Positions 26,977 to 35,596 of a DNA stretch of 64,000 bases are shown here, piece after piece. The notes under the pieces were generated by a model. That model was given only the letters and a program-made list of their open reading frames with translations. It was not told the origin of the DNA and searched no databases. The position numbers were made by a program, and so were the translations under genes. The DNA is from an uncultured Saprospiraceae bacterium (lineage in GTDB: Bacteria > Bacteroidota > Bacteroidia > Chitinophagales > Saprospiraceae): contig CAVVAS010000008.1 in the NCBI GenBank assembly GCA_963746195.1, positions 50,979 to 114,978 of the forward strand, given 5' to 3'. How positions within the stretch are numbered: the stretch's first letter is position 1; every line of letters begins with the position of its first letter.

Positions 26977-28743
26977 ATGCAGAAGTATATCCTGATTCTA
27001 GCCCTGTTCTGTCAGACCATACCTGCTTTTTGCCAGCTTTATTCCCTTCAACTTACTTCTCCTGATAATAAATTCATCACCCAATGGCATCATGGCCAGC
27101 CATCAAGCCAGGATTCCATCAGTTGGATCCTTGCCAGGAATAATTTATTTCAGACCCTCCACAGTGAAGGCTATCTGCTGGCCGAACTCCGGGAATGGAA
27201 ATTTGAAGGAAGTAACCTTTATGTCACCATTGACCCTGGTTCACAAATACGCTGGGCAAAAGTTTCTTTCCGTGGACTTGAATTCCTTCCGCCCAATTGG
27301 GTTGAAGGCCTCGATATGTCAGGACGAATTGTCGATTATAACGCATGGAAGTCCAATGTGACCAAAATACTACACAGCGCCCAGGCTGAAGGTTATCTGT
27401 TCGCCGATTATCGACTTGAAGTGTTAGGATTGAAGAATGATTCACTCCAGGCAGAAATTATTTTTAATCCGGGTTTAAAAATCGTACTTGATACGATTGA
27501 AATTCAGGGAACCGCAAAATTGTCAGATCAATATCTTCAAAAAATTTTAGGGATCAAACGGGGTCAACCTATCACACCGGAAGATCTTTCCAACTTGCAG
27601 GAACAGCTCGATAACCTCAGGTTTGTACAGCAATATTCACCGCCGGTTTTAATTCTTATCGATGAAAAAGCTACCATAAGAACCTATCTCAACAATCGAA
27701 ATGCAAGTGCTTTCGATATCCTTGTCGGTCTACAACCTTCAACGGCTGAAACGAGTGCAGTCTCACTGACAGGGTATGTAAAACTTGATCTCAACAATCA
27801 ATTGATGCGTGGCGAAAGAATGTATCTCAATCTTGAAAAATTGCGTCCAAGGAGCCAGGAATTAAAAATGATTCTCAGTTACCCCTATTTGCTGGATCTT
27901 CCATTTGGCGTCGATGGGGAATTCAGGCTTGCGAAAAATGATACTCTTTTTAGCGAATTAGAATGGAAGGCAGGCATATCATTTCCATTTGGAAAAAATC
28001 AATATGTCAAAGCAGGTTTGACGCAACATTCCACGAGTATGATTTCGATTGATAAAGATCAGGTTATCAGCACAAAACAATTGCCGAGTTATATTGACTT
28101 GCGAATTAAGGGTCTGACGCTTTCGCTTTTCAGAAATAGACTGGATTATGATTTAAATCCCCGTAAAGGGTATAGCGTAAATCTGAATACTTCTTTTGGT
28201 CAAAAGCGAATTGTGGAAAATAATCTGATTAATGATTTGAGCAAGATCGATACTACTTTTGATTATAGCACATTGTATGATAGTCTTGAAGATAATGCTA
28301 CCAGGATTTCACTTGAAGGAGCCATTCAGTATTTTATTCCCTGGGGTTCAAGATCAACTTTTCTCCTGGCGGTTGATGCAGGCGCATTGAAAAGCGGAAG
28401 TATCCTTTATGCGAATGAAATGTTCAGGTTAGGTGGATATGCCCGGCTGAGAGGATTTGATGAAGAGTCTATTTTAGCCCAATATTTTTCAATTTTCACC
28501 TTCGAATATCGCCTGATTATTGGAGGAGCAAGTTATGTTTCCCTATTCAGTGATTATTCATGGATAAAAAACGAAGATGTGGCTGTTCCGCTGGAAGACA
28601 GGCCTTATGGTTTTGGGTTAGGCCTCAATTTTGAAACCAAAGCAGGCATTTTTGGAATGCGTGCAGCGGTAGGAACTCAGCGTGGGAATGCGATTGATTT
28701 TAATAATGCCAGGATTCACTTCGGCTATATCAATCGTTTTTGA
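26977..28743 (+). CDS. Omp85/BamA-family outer-membrane protein (POTRA plus surface-antigen barrel)
   Basis: 588 aa. Signal peptide, a POTRA-like segment 'IEIQGTAKLSDQYLQKILGIKRGQPIT', and a C-terminus ending in F. Confidence 0.7.
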   Translation: MQKYILILALFCQTIPAFCQLYSLQLTSPDNKFITQWHHGQPSSQDSISWILARNNLFQTLHSEGYLLAELREWKFEGSNLYVTIDPGSQIRWAKVSFRGLEFLPPNWVEGLDMSGRIVDYNAWKSNVTKILHSAQAEGYLFADYRLEVLGLKNDSLQAEIIFNPGLKIVLDTIEIQGTAKLSDQYLQKILGIKRGQPITPEDLSNLQEQLDNLRFVQQYSPPVLILIDEKATIRTYLNNRNASAFDILVGLQPSTAETSAVSLTGYVKLDLNNQLMRGERMYLNLEKLRPRSQELKMILSYPYLLDLPFGVDGEFRLAKNDTLFSELEWKAGISFPFGKNQYVKAGLTQHSTSMISIDKDQVISTKQLPSYIDLRIKGLTLSLFRNRLDYDLNPRKGYSVNLNTSFGQKRIVENNLINDLSKIDTTFDYSTLYDSLEDNATRISLEGAIQYFIPWGSRSTFLLAVDAGALKSGSILYANEMFRLGGYARLRGFDEESILAQYFSIFTFEYRLIIGGASYVSLFSDYSWIKNEDVAVPLEDRPYGFGLGLNFETKAGIFGMRAAVGTQRGNAIDFNNARIHFGYINRF

Positions 28744-28771
28744 AATTGGTGTTCTCACAATGAAAAATAAT

Positions 28772-29149
28772 TTATGCCGCTGCAGGTTTTTTGTTTTGCA
28801 TCCATAAATAAACACAAGCCAGGACGATTACTATTTGGATAGCCAACGCCGGAATAGGTACATTGATGTGATCCATCAACATGTGCTTCAGGGATAGCAC
28901 CACAAACAAGCCGAAGCCCAATGTATAAGCCCATAATACAGATGCGTTATTCCGGGAAGCAATTGAAATTAGTCCCACAAGAATGGATAGCACCGACATT
29001 ACTTGCATAAGAGGGATTGCCGAAGTTTTGCCCGCCGCATCTATTGTGGGAAAAGCTCCGGTCACAACATTGTCTGCCATAGTATAAAAGAAGACTCCCT
29101 GGAGCAGTAGTATCACTCCGATCACCATGAAAATGTTTTTCTGATTCAT
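28772..29149 (-). CDS. Small integral membrane protein
   Basis: 125 aa with 4 TM segments. Confidence 0.5.
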   Translation of the reverse strand: MNQKNIFMVIGVILLLQGVFFYTMADNVVTGAFPTIDAAGKTSAIPLMQVMSVLSILVGLISIASRNNASVLWAYTLGFGLFVVLSLKHMLMDHINVPIPALAIQIVIVLACVYLWMQNKKPAAA

Positions 29150-29176
29150 TATAGTTGAGTTTTAGATTACGTTTTA

Positions 29177-30118
29177 TTATTTATGTTTTAAGGTGACGAT
29201 TTGATTCCTGTCATCTTTTCCATTAGGCTTGCCTTTGATAATTGGGATTTCAATTTTGTCAATTTTATAGGACGCTTCGCAATCGAAATGCACTTTCAAA
29301 GTGAGGTTGTTAATTTTAGACTGGTCATCAAGTTTGTCTAATGACCAAAAAGTATATTCATGAGCTTCCTTGTTGTATTCATCTTTCGGGTTGGAAGAAT
29401 AGATAACCATATCGGGCGAATAAGGATTGCATAAATCCTCAGGAAGCGGATTGGATTTTATTCTGATGGAATATCTATCCATGCTGTTGTAACTAAAAAA
29501 TATCGTTCCTAAAAAAGTGGAATCTTTCGTTTCCTGCTTATACCCAACGTACATCTTAAGGGATGAGTTGGGAATATCTCCGATGACTATTTTTGAATCA
29601 CCTTCTGCAATTAATTTATTGGCATAATCATAGATCCCGATTTGATCTTCGGCTCCGCAACATCCGTATTTTACGGTCTTGTATGTTTGGGCATCTAAGG
29701 TAAGTTCATCGCATTTTTGCTCAAGGGTAACCACTGTAGTTTTAGGATTGTCGAATGTATTAAGTTCTACTTTGATAGACCTTTCATCTTCCTCACACCC
29801 TGTGCAGGATTTGGTAGTCGTTGTGTATTTAGCGAAATAATTATTAAAATCTTTATTTCCCTTCGGATCGATAAAAGCTATTTTATAGTTGACTTCAACC
29901 ATTTTGAAATCATATCCTGAGTCCGTGTCCCGGGAAACTATGGCAAAAGAAGATTGCCCGACATCTGAGTAGATATTTTTGGAGGTATCTTTTTTAATTT
30001 CCGGCACAGTCGTCCCGGCCTGCTGTGGTTTGTCCTGAGATACCTTGTCTTGTGTAGCTTTGTCGCTGCAGCCGTAAAATTGAACAACAAAGACGCCAAG
30101 CAGTAATAGTCGGTTCAT
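29177..30118 (-). CDS. Hypothetical lipoprotein
   Basis: 313 aa with lipobox 'VVQFYGC'. No family recognised. Confidence 0.55.
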   Translation of the reverse strand: MNRLLLLGVFVVQFYGCSDKATQDKVSQDKPQQAGTTVPEIKKDTSKNIYSDVGQSSFAIVSRDTDSGYDFKMVEVNYKIAFIDPKGNKDFNNYFAKYTTTTKSCTGCEEDERSIKVELNTFDNPKTTVVTLEQKCDELTLDAQTYKTVKYGCCGAEDQIGIYDYANKLIAEGDSKIVIGDIPNSSLKMYVGYKQETKDSTFLGTIFFSYNSMDRYSIRIKSNPLPEDLCNPYSPDMVIYSSNPKDEYNKEAHEYTFWSLDKLDDQSKINNLTLKVHFDCEASYKIDKIEIPIIKGKPNGKDDRNQIVTLKHK

Positions 30119-30245
30119 TTGTAAGAGAGAGGTTGGTTTTGTTTTGATCCAGTCTTGACCAAATTTACATTATTCCCGATACCAATATGTCAGTTTACAT
30201 TTATTTTTTAATAAGAATCGCGATAAATGAAGCAGATCTTGATTT

Positions 30246-30287
30246 TTGCTTATTGTCAGTTGCTTATTGCCCATTGCTTTTTTGCCG
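30246..30287. repeat. Heptamer tract TTGCTTA TTGTCAG TTGCTTA TTGCCCA TTGCTTT TTTGCCG
   Basis: Read directly from the sequence. Belongs to the TTGCY family. Confidence 0.8.
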
Positions 30288-30440
30288 CTAATTCCGCTGA
30301 TTAACGCAAATTAATTTTGATTTATGCCCTTAAGTTGTTTTTTACAAGCCATGCAAACCCTGCAAGCCTTCCAAACTCTGCCATTTTTTCGCCGCTAATT
30401 ACACTAATTATCACGAATTAAATTTCTTCCTTTGAATGCC
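30277..30440 (+). repeat. Two ~50-nt direct repeats (30277-30329, 30382-30440)
   Basis: TTTTTTGCCGCTAATTCCGCTGATTAACGCAAATTAA.. versus TTTTTTCGCCGCTAATTACACTAATTATCACGAATTAAA.. Confidence 0.6.
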
Positions 30441-30476
30441 AAAAACCTGGCGAAAATATTTGCATATAGTCTATTC

Positions 30477-30539
30477 CTTATTACTTATTACTTTTTACTT
30501 TTCACTTTTCACTTTTCACTTTTCACTTTTCACTTTACG
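30477..30539. repeat. Heptamer tract of 9 units (CTTATTA x2, CTTTTTA, CTTTTCA x5, CTTTACG)
   Basis: Read directly from the sequence. The last unit contains the O-methyltransferase stop codon (30535-30537). Confidence 0.9.
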
Positions 30540-31167
30540 TTTTCCTTGCCACAGATAGTCCATCCCTGATTGGCAACATGATAACATCTATTCTTGAATC
30601 CGTAAACAGGAGTTTGTTGTATCTATCAATAACCTTTGCATCCACATCCTCATTTTCGAAAACAACCTTTCCACTCCACAGAACATTGTCGGTAAGAATA
30701 AGCCCTCCTGGCCGGACATGATCAATGACTGCATTAAAATATTCAATGTACTCCTGTTTGTTAGCATCGATATAGACCAGGTCCCATGTTTCTTTTCTTT
30801 CCGGAATTATTTTCAAAGCATCACCGATGAGCGCTTCTACTTTATTTTCTATTCCTGCTAAAGCCAAATGTTTTTTGACCAAAAAAGAAAACTCCGGATT
30901 CACATCGATCGTCACCACTTTGCCATCAGGTGTGTTTAGGCCTCTTGCAAGACAAATAGTACCAAATCCTGTAAATGTGCCGATCTCCAATACATTTTTT
31001 GCCTGGATCAGTGATGTCAACAGGGTCAGGAATTTTCCCTGCATCTGACCACTTAGCATTTGAGGATACAAAGTATGAAGATGAGTATTCCTGTCTACTT
31101 CAGTCAAAATGGGATCATCGATGTTGCTGTGATCGTCCAGGTATTTTTGTATTTCAGGTTCGAGCAT
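30535..31167 (-). CDS. Class I SAM-dependent O-methyltransferase (caffeoyl-CoA OMT-like, family 3)
   Basis: 210 aa with 'VLEIGTFTGFGT', 'VVTIDVNPE', 'DLVYIDANK' and 'LRPGGLILTDNVLW'. Confidence 0.85.
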   Translation of the reverse strand: MLEPEIQKYLDDHSNIDDPILTEVDRNTHLHTLYPQMLSGQMQGKFLTLLTSLIQAKNVLEIGTFTGFGTICLARGLNTPDGKVVTIDVNPEFSFLVKKHLALAGIENKVEALIGDALKIIPERKETWDLVYIDANKQEYIEYFNAVIDHVRPGGLILTDNVLWSGKVVFENEDVDAKVIDRYNKLLFTDSRIDVIMLPIRDGLSVARKT

Positions 31168-32035
31168 ATCGGGATTGCCAGATTGGATGAATAAATACGG
31201 ATGCTAAAATAATCGATGCTCCAAGATAGAACGTAACATTTAGTTCTTTGCTATCATGCAGCAGAACCAGGGCCATAACGATTCCATACACAGGTTCCAG
31301 ATTGATCACCATGATCGAATCAAAAGCTGTCATTGATCTCATCGATCGCGTAGCCAGAATCCACGCCACACAGGTACAAATGAGTCCAAGGATCAGTAGG
31401 TAAATTAAATCTAAAACGTTGGGTAAAAAGCGATCAATTCCTGAAATGAAATATTCACCTATTACCCAAACGCACATCGCGGCCCAGGCTCCTGCCATTT
31501 GAATGAAAGTCATGTGCTCAGGATCTGTCTCCGTAATCCATTTTTTTTCCATGCTGGAAATAAATGCGATCAGCAGAGCAGCAATTAATCCAAGAATAAT
31601 TCCTGCTAAAAGTTGCCCTTCGGCATGTCCTGCAATCAATACGATACCTGGTATGACCATGAGGCCAAATATTATTTCATGCGTCTCCCTTTTTCGTTTA
31701 GTGACCCATGGCTCAATCCATGCAGTAAAAAACGATATCGTTGCAAAACAAATGAGAGCAGTGGAGGCATTTGCAAGTTTGATCGAACCAAAGAAACAAA
31801 TCCAGTGGATGGCGATGAGTATGCCCAGGGCGTAAATTTTTTTCTGCGAGCGAATCCAATCGATTCTTATACGGCCCGTGATCCAAAGAAATATCCCGAT
31901 ACCAAGGCTGGCGATGAGTGTTCTCCACCAGACTAATACACTGGCAGACAGAGTAATGAGATCACCCAGTATTGCCGTGAATGCCAGGAGTACAACAGCA
32001 ATGTGTAATTCGACATAAGCTCGTCTTAAACCCAC
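31154..32035 (-). CDS. EamA/DMT-family transporter
   Basis: 293 aa with about 10 TM helices. GTG start. Overlaps the OMT start by 14 nt. Confidence 0.75.
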   Translation of the reverse strand: MGLRRAYVELHIAVVLLAFTAILGDLITLSASVLVWWRTLIASLGIGIFLWITGRIRIDWIRSQKKIYALGILIAIHWICFFGSIKLANASTALICFATISFFTAWIEPWVTKRKRETHEIIFGLMVIPGIVLIAGHAEGQLLAGIILGLIAALLIAFISSMEKKWITETDPEHMTFIQMAGAWAAMCVWVIGEYFISGIDRFLPNVLDLIYLLILGLICTCVAWILATRSMRSMTAFDSIMVINLEPVYGIVMALVLLHDSKELNVTFYLGASIILASVFIHPIWQSRYART

Positions 32036-32051
32036 AGTGGTGATTTGTTGT

Positions 32052-32059
32052 TATCTTTG
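32052..32059 (+). promoter_or_regulatory. Candidate -7 box TAtcTTTG
   Basis: 58 nt upstream of the peroxiredoxin ATG at 32117. Confidence 0.3.
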
Positions 32060-32116
32060 CGTAAGTATACACAATTAGAGAATATACCGATTAATATTTC
32101 ATCAACCTGCCTGACC

Positions 32117-32593
32117 ATGTCATTACAAATAGGAGATAAAGCACCTGATTTTTCACTTTATTCTTCAGAGAAAGAATTGATTCATCTGCACGACTATAAA
32201 GGAAAAAATGTAGTCCTTCTTTTTTTCCCATTAGCGTTTACAGGTACCTGCACAAAAGAATTATGTGCTACCCGCGACGATATTTCTATCTACAATGACC
32301 TGGACACTGAAGTTCTGGGCATTTCGATAGATTCGCCTCAAACGCTTGCCCGGTACAAAGATGAATATCAGCTCAACTTTAAACTGCTTTCAGATTTCAA
32401 CAAAGAAGCGATTGTTGCATATGATGTGAAATACGAAGTTTTTTCCGTGGGACTTAAAGGAGTAGCAAAGAGAGCTGTATTTCTGATTGATGGCGGAGGC
32501 ACGATAAAGTACATAGAGGTCCTTGAGAATGCGAGTATTCTCCCTGATCTTGAAGCACTACAAAACACGATACGACAATTGCAATTGGCATAA
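32117..32593 (+). CDS. Peroxiredoxin (AhpC/TSA-redoxin family)
   Basis: 'GDKAPDFSL...GKNVVLLFFPLAFTGTCTKELC' is a Prx active site. The ATG at 32117 is preferred over the TTG at 32045. Confidence 0.85.
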   Translation: MSLQIGDKAPDFSLYSSEKELIHLHDYKGKNVVLLFFPLAFTGTCTKELCATRDDISIYNDLDTEVLGISIDSPQTLARYKDEYQLNFKLLSDFNKEAIVAYDVKYEVFSVGLKGVAKRAVFLIDGGGTIKYIEVLENASILPDLEALQNTIRQLQLA

Positions 32594-32631
32594 AGTTTAT
32601 TATATTTCCATCATAAAATAACTCCCCGATC

Positions 32632-32937
32632 ATGATCACCGATAGTCAATCAAAGGAAATAGAAGATATCATCGTCGATGATGTCATCTCCAGTGGTGAG
32701 CAAGCTCAGCTGATTGTGCTCAATGACGACTATAACACTTTTGAATGGGTCATCGAATGTTTCATGGAGATCCTTCATCATACTTCCGAACAAGCGGAAC
32801 AATCTGCATGGATTGTTCATACAAAAGGAAGAGCCAGCGTCAAAATGGGAATCTTTGAAGTCCTGAAGCCTTTCAGAGAAGCGCTTGTAGACAGGGGTCT
32901 CAATGCAATCATTGAGCATGAAAAAGTAAATCGGTAA
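32632..32937 (+). CDS. clpS: ATP-dependent Clp protease adaptor
   Basis: 101 aa. 'VLNDDYNTFEWVIECFMEILHHTSEQAEQSAWIVHTKGRA'. Confidence 0.9.
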   Translation: MITDSQSKEIEDIIVDDVISSGEQAQLIVLNDDYNTFEWVIECFMEILHHTSEQAEQSAWIVHTKGRASVKMGIFEVLKPFREALVDRGLNAIIEHEKVNR

Positions 32938-32951
32938 CTGAGGATTTCACT

Positions 32952-33644
32952 TTGAGCCCGATCTTTTCCATTGATGAAGAATTAGTTTTCCCGCATCCGA
33001 CACTTCACGATCCTGACGGCCTGTTGGCCATAGGTGGAACATTAACCCCCGAAAGACTTTTACTGGCGTATCGTTGGGGTATTTTTCCATGGTTCCATGA
33101 AGGGCAACCGGTTCTCTGGTGGTGGATTACACCCCGATTGATGATTCGTCCGACAAGCGTTCATATTTCTCACTCAGTCAGAAATACCATTAACCAACAT
33201 CGCTATAAGGTCACTATTGATAAAGATTTTGAGGCAGTCATTAATCGATGCAGCAATGTCAACCGAAGAGGGCAGGAGGGAGGCACCTGGATTAATCCTG
33301 AGATGATCACAGCATACGTCAAGCTTCATAAATTAGGTATAGCACACAGTATTGAGGTATTTGAACATGATGTATTAGTCGGTGGATTATATGGAATAGC
33401 CTTGGGAAAAATATTTTTCGGAGAAAGTATGTTCGCCGATCGATCAAATGCTTCAAAAGTAGGTTTTGTCTTTTTTGCAAATCATCTTGCTTCGCAAGGT
33501 TTCGAATGGATTGATTGTCAACAAGACACTCCTCATATGAGGACACTCGGAGGAGAACTTGTTAATGAAGAGGAGTTTCTATATATTCTCCGCGATAATC
33601 AGCGTCAACTTTTAAGAAATGATTTTGATAAAAGAACATTCTGA
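32952..33644 (+). CDS. aat: Leucyl/phenylalanyl-tRNA--protein transferase
   Basis: 230 aa with a TTG start. 'GLLAIGGTLTPERLLLAYRWGIFPWF', and the classic clpS-aat adjacency. Confidence 0.9.
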   Translation: MSPIFSIDEELVFPHPTLHDPDGLLAIGGTLTPERLLLAYRWGIFPWFHEGQPVLWWWITPRLMIRPTSVHISHSVRNTINQHRYKVTIDKDFEAVINRCSNVNRRGQEGGTWINPEMITAYVKLHKLGIAHSIEVFEHDVLVGGLYGIALGKIFFGESMFADRSNASKVGFVFFANHLASQGFEWIDCQQDTPHMRTLGGELVNEEEFLYILRDNQRQLLRNDFDKRTF

Positions 33645-33690
33645 TTAAAGAATGATTTATTCTTTAATAAGTCCCCTTCAGGGGATGTTT
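33645..33690 (+). terminator. Two consecutive hairpins directly after the aat stop
   Basis: TTAAAGAAT-gattt-ATTCTTTAA (33645-33667), and TCCCC-ttca-GGGGA followed by TGTTT (33672-33690). Confidence 0.35.
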
Positions 33691-33746
33691 GCTGAGCTGT
33701 AGCACATGGTTTAGTGGAGCTGGTCGAAGCATAGGGGCAAGATGGT
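33668..33746. repeat. Copy of the ~100-nt element shared with 25650-25770
   Basis: The blocks TAAGTCCCC, TTGCTGAGCTG, GGTCGAAGCAT and AGGGGCAAG occur in the same order. Confidence 0.55.
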
Positions 33747-33830
33747 CAACAGGACACTCCGCACATGAGGACACTCGGAGGAGAACTTGTTAATGAAGAG
33801 GAGTTCTTGCAAATTTTACGGGATAATCAA
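33747..33830 (+). pseudogene. Displaced duplicate of the aat 3' end (codons for QQDTPHMRTLGGELVNEEEFLQILRDNQ)
   Basis: 84 nt aligned to 33519-33602 with a 41-nt identical core (33537-33577 = 33765-33805). Of 13 differing positions, 10 are synonymous third-position/Leu changes and 3 lie in the single changed codon (Tyr to Gln). Confidence 0.8.
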
Positions 33831-33937
33831 GTTCACATGTTGAAGATTCCAGATTCCAGACTTTTACTGAGTAGGATGCGTAAAAGGAAGTGAGTTTCAA
33901 AGAATGCCAGCCTCTAGACTTGTTGCCATTTAATGCG

Positions 33938-34056
33938 TCTCGTATCTCACATCTCACATCTCACATTTCACATCTGGCGTCTCACATCTCACATCTCACA
34001 TCTCACATCTCACATCTCACATCTCACATCTCACATCTCACATCTGGCATCTCCTG
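33938..34056. repeat. Heptamer array of 17 units, mostly TCTCACA, in two blocks each closed by TCTGGCR
   Basis: Block 1 at 33938-33979 and block 2 at 33980-34049 (9 perfect TCTCACA units). ORF 33890..34108 (SHLTSHISHL...) is its translation artefact. Confidence 0.9.
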
Positions 34057-34097
34057 TATCTATCTGATGCACTCTCGACCATATACGAATCAACATC

Positions 34098-35057
34098 CTA
34101 CTTGCTAAAATGCCCAATAATCAACCCCGCCAATTCTTTCCCCACATTTTCCTGCGCTTCAGCAGTCGATCCCCCGATGTGCGGAGAAAGCGAAATCTTA
34201 GGATGAGTAAGTATTTCCTTTCGAGGAGTAGGTTCCCCAACGAAGACATCAATACCTGCTCCGCCTATTTGACCAGAAGCCAATCCTTCAAGAATAGCAT
34301 CTTCATCAAACAGACCACCTCTTGCAGTATTAATGAGCAATACACCTTTCATGAGTTTACCAAGTTCTTCCCGACCGATGACTGGTTTATCCGCTTTAGG
34401 AATATGAACGGTGATGATTTCAGATTGTAAAAATAAAGTCGCTAAATCAACTGTCCGGATACTGACCTTCAATTTCTCTAAAGCTCCATTTATTTTTATT
34501 TCTATGGCAGCCTCTTTGACATAAGGATCTGAAGCGATCACATTCATTCCAAGTCCCAGGGCCATGCGTGCTACTTCCTGGCCTATGCGTCCGAAACCAA
34601 TGATCCCAATGGTTTTACCCAAAACTTCAGAACCTTCACTGCACTGTTTTTTTAATTTGGCAAATTCTGTCTGGCCTGTCACCGGCATTGCCCTGTTGGC
34701 CACATGCATTAGTCTTTCAAGCGTAAATACATGAGCGAACACCAATTCGGCAACAGATCTTGAAGAAGCCGCCGGTGTGTTGTACACTGCCAGGCCTTTT
34801 CCTTTAGCATATTCAACATCAATATTATCCATTCCCACGCCGCCTCTGCCGATAACTTTCAGATTGGGACAGGCATCGATTAAATCTTTTCTCACCTGTG
34901 TGGTACTACGTACTGTGATGACATCAAATGTTTTTAGTTTTTCAGGAAGTTCTTCCGCTTTAAAATGCGTCGTCACCACCTCAAAACCGGCTGCTTCCAA
35001 CATGGATTTACCGGATTCATCAATGCCGTCATTCGCTAATATTCTGATCTGATTCAT
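34098..35057 (-). CDS. D-2-hydroxyacid dehydrogenase family (short 3-phosphoglycerate dehydrogenase-like)
   Basis: 319 aa with NAD motif 'GIIGFGRIGQEVA' and 'GRGGVGMDNID'. No ACT domain. Confidence 0.85.
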   Translation of the reverse strand: MNQIRILANDGIDESGKSMLEAAGFEVVTTHFKAEELPEKLKTFDVITVRSTTQVRKDLIDACPNLKVIGRGGVGMDNIDVEYAKGKGLAVYNTPAASSRSVAELVFAHVFTLERLMHVANRAMPVTGQTEFAKLKKQCSEGSEVLGKTIGIIGFGRIGQEVARMALGLGMNVIASDPYVKEAAIEIKINGALEKLKVSIRTVDLATLFLQSEIITVHIPKADKPVIGREELGKLMKGVLLINTARGGLFDEDAILEGLASGQIGGAGIDVFVGEPTPRKEILTHPKISLSPHIGGSTAEAQENVGKELAGLIIGHFSK

Positions 35058-35155
35058 TGTGCTATATTGTTATGAAGAGAAATAGTTGATTTGAGCAAAG
35101 AAAAAGAATTTCCCCAACTAAGAGGATAATGGCCCGAATGAAAAAAGATGGCTGT

Positions 35156-35467
35156 TTATTTTCCGGACTTGAGTTTTTCGATTTCATTTTCCTTATCCCT
35201 GAGCTGGCGCTTCAGTTCATCATTTTCATCCTGTACTTTTTTCAATTCAGTTTGACAATCATCTTTAGAATAGGTATCGGATTTGGTCTCAGTACCGGAT
35301 GATGATGAAGCAGAGCCACCTGTGATCTTGTGAAAAAAATCTTTCAGTATTTGCACCCCATCCTCACCCCGGAAATAAGTAGCTCCAAAAAAGACAGCAG
35401 GAAGGAAAAAGAGAAAAAAGATGAAAAAACGGAAACAACCGGTGGTCTTGTATTTCGGAGTAGTCAT
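35156..35467 (-). CDS. Hypothetical membrane-anchored coiled-coil protein
   Basis: 103 aa. One TM segment and a C-terminal 'ELKKVQDENDELKRQLRDKENEIEKLK'. Confidence 0.5.
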   Translation of the reverse strand: MTTPKYKTTGCFRFFIFFLFFLPAVFFGATYFRGEDGVQILKDFFHKITGGSASSSSGTETKSDTYSKDDCQTELKKVQDENDELKRQLRDKENEIEKLKSGK

Positions 35468-35596
35468 GTTAACCTGGGTTTGTTGATGAAGGCAAATTAA
35501 ACAACTCTGGCTTTATTATCCATGAATTTAGATATCAATGCCATATTATTCGATTGATAAATGATAATAGTTCTATTTTCAAAGCTATTAAGAACC

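Noticed and set aside
33890-34108. 72-aa ORF (SHLTSHISHLASHISHL...) as a repeat protein
   Set aside because: It is purely the translation of the TCTCACA heptamer array. It has no start context, and the 7-nt period means all three frames give similar low-complexity text.
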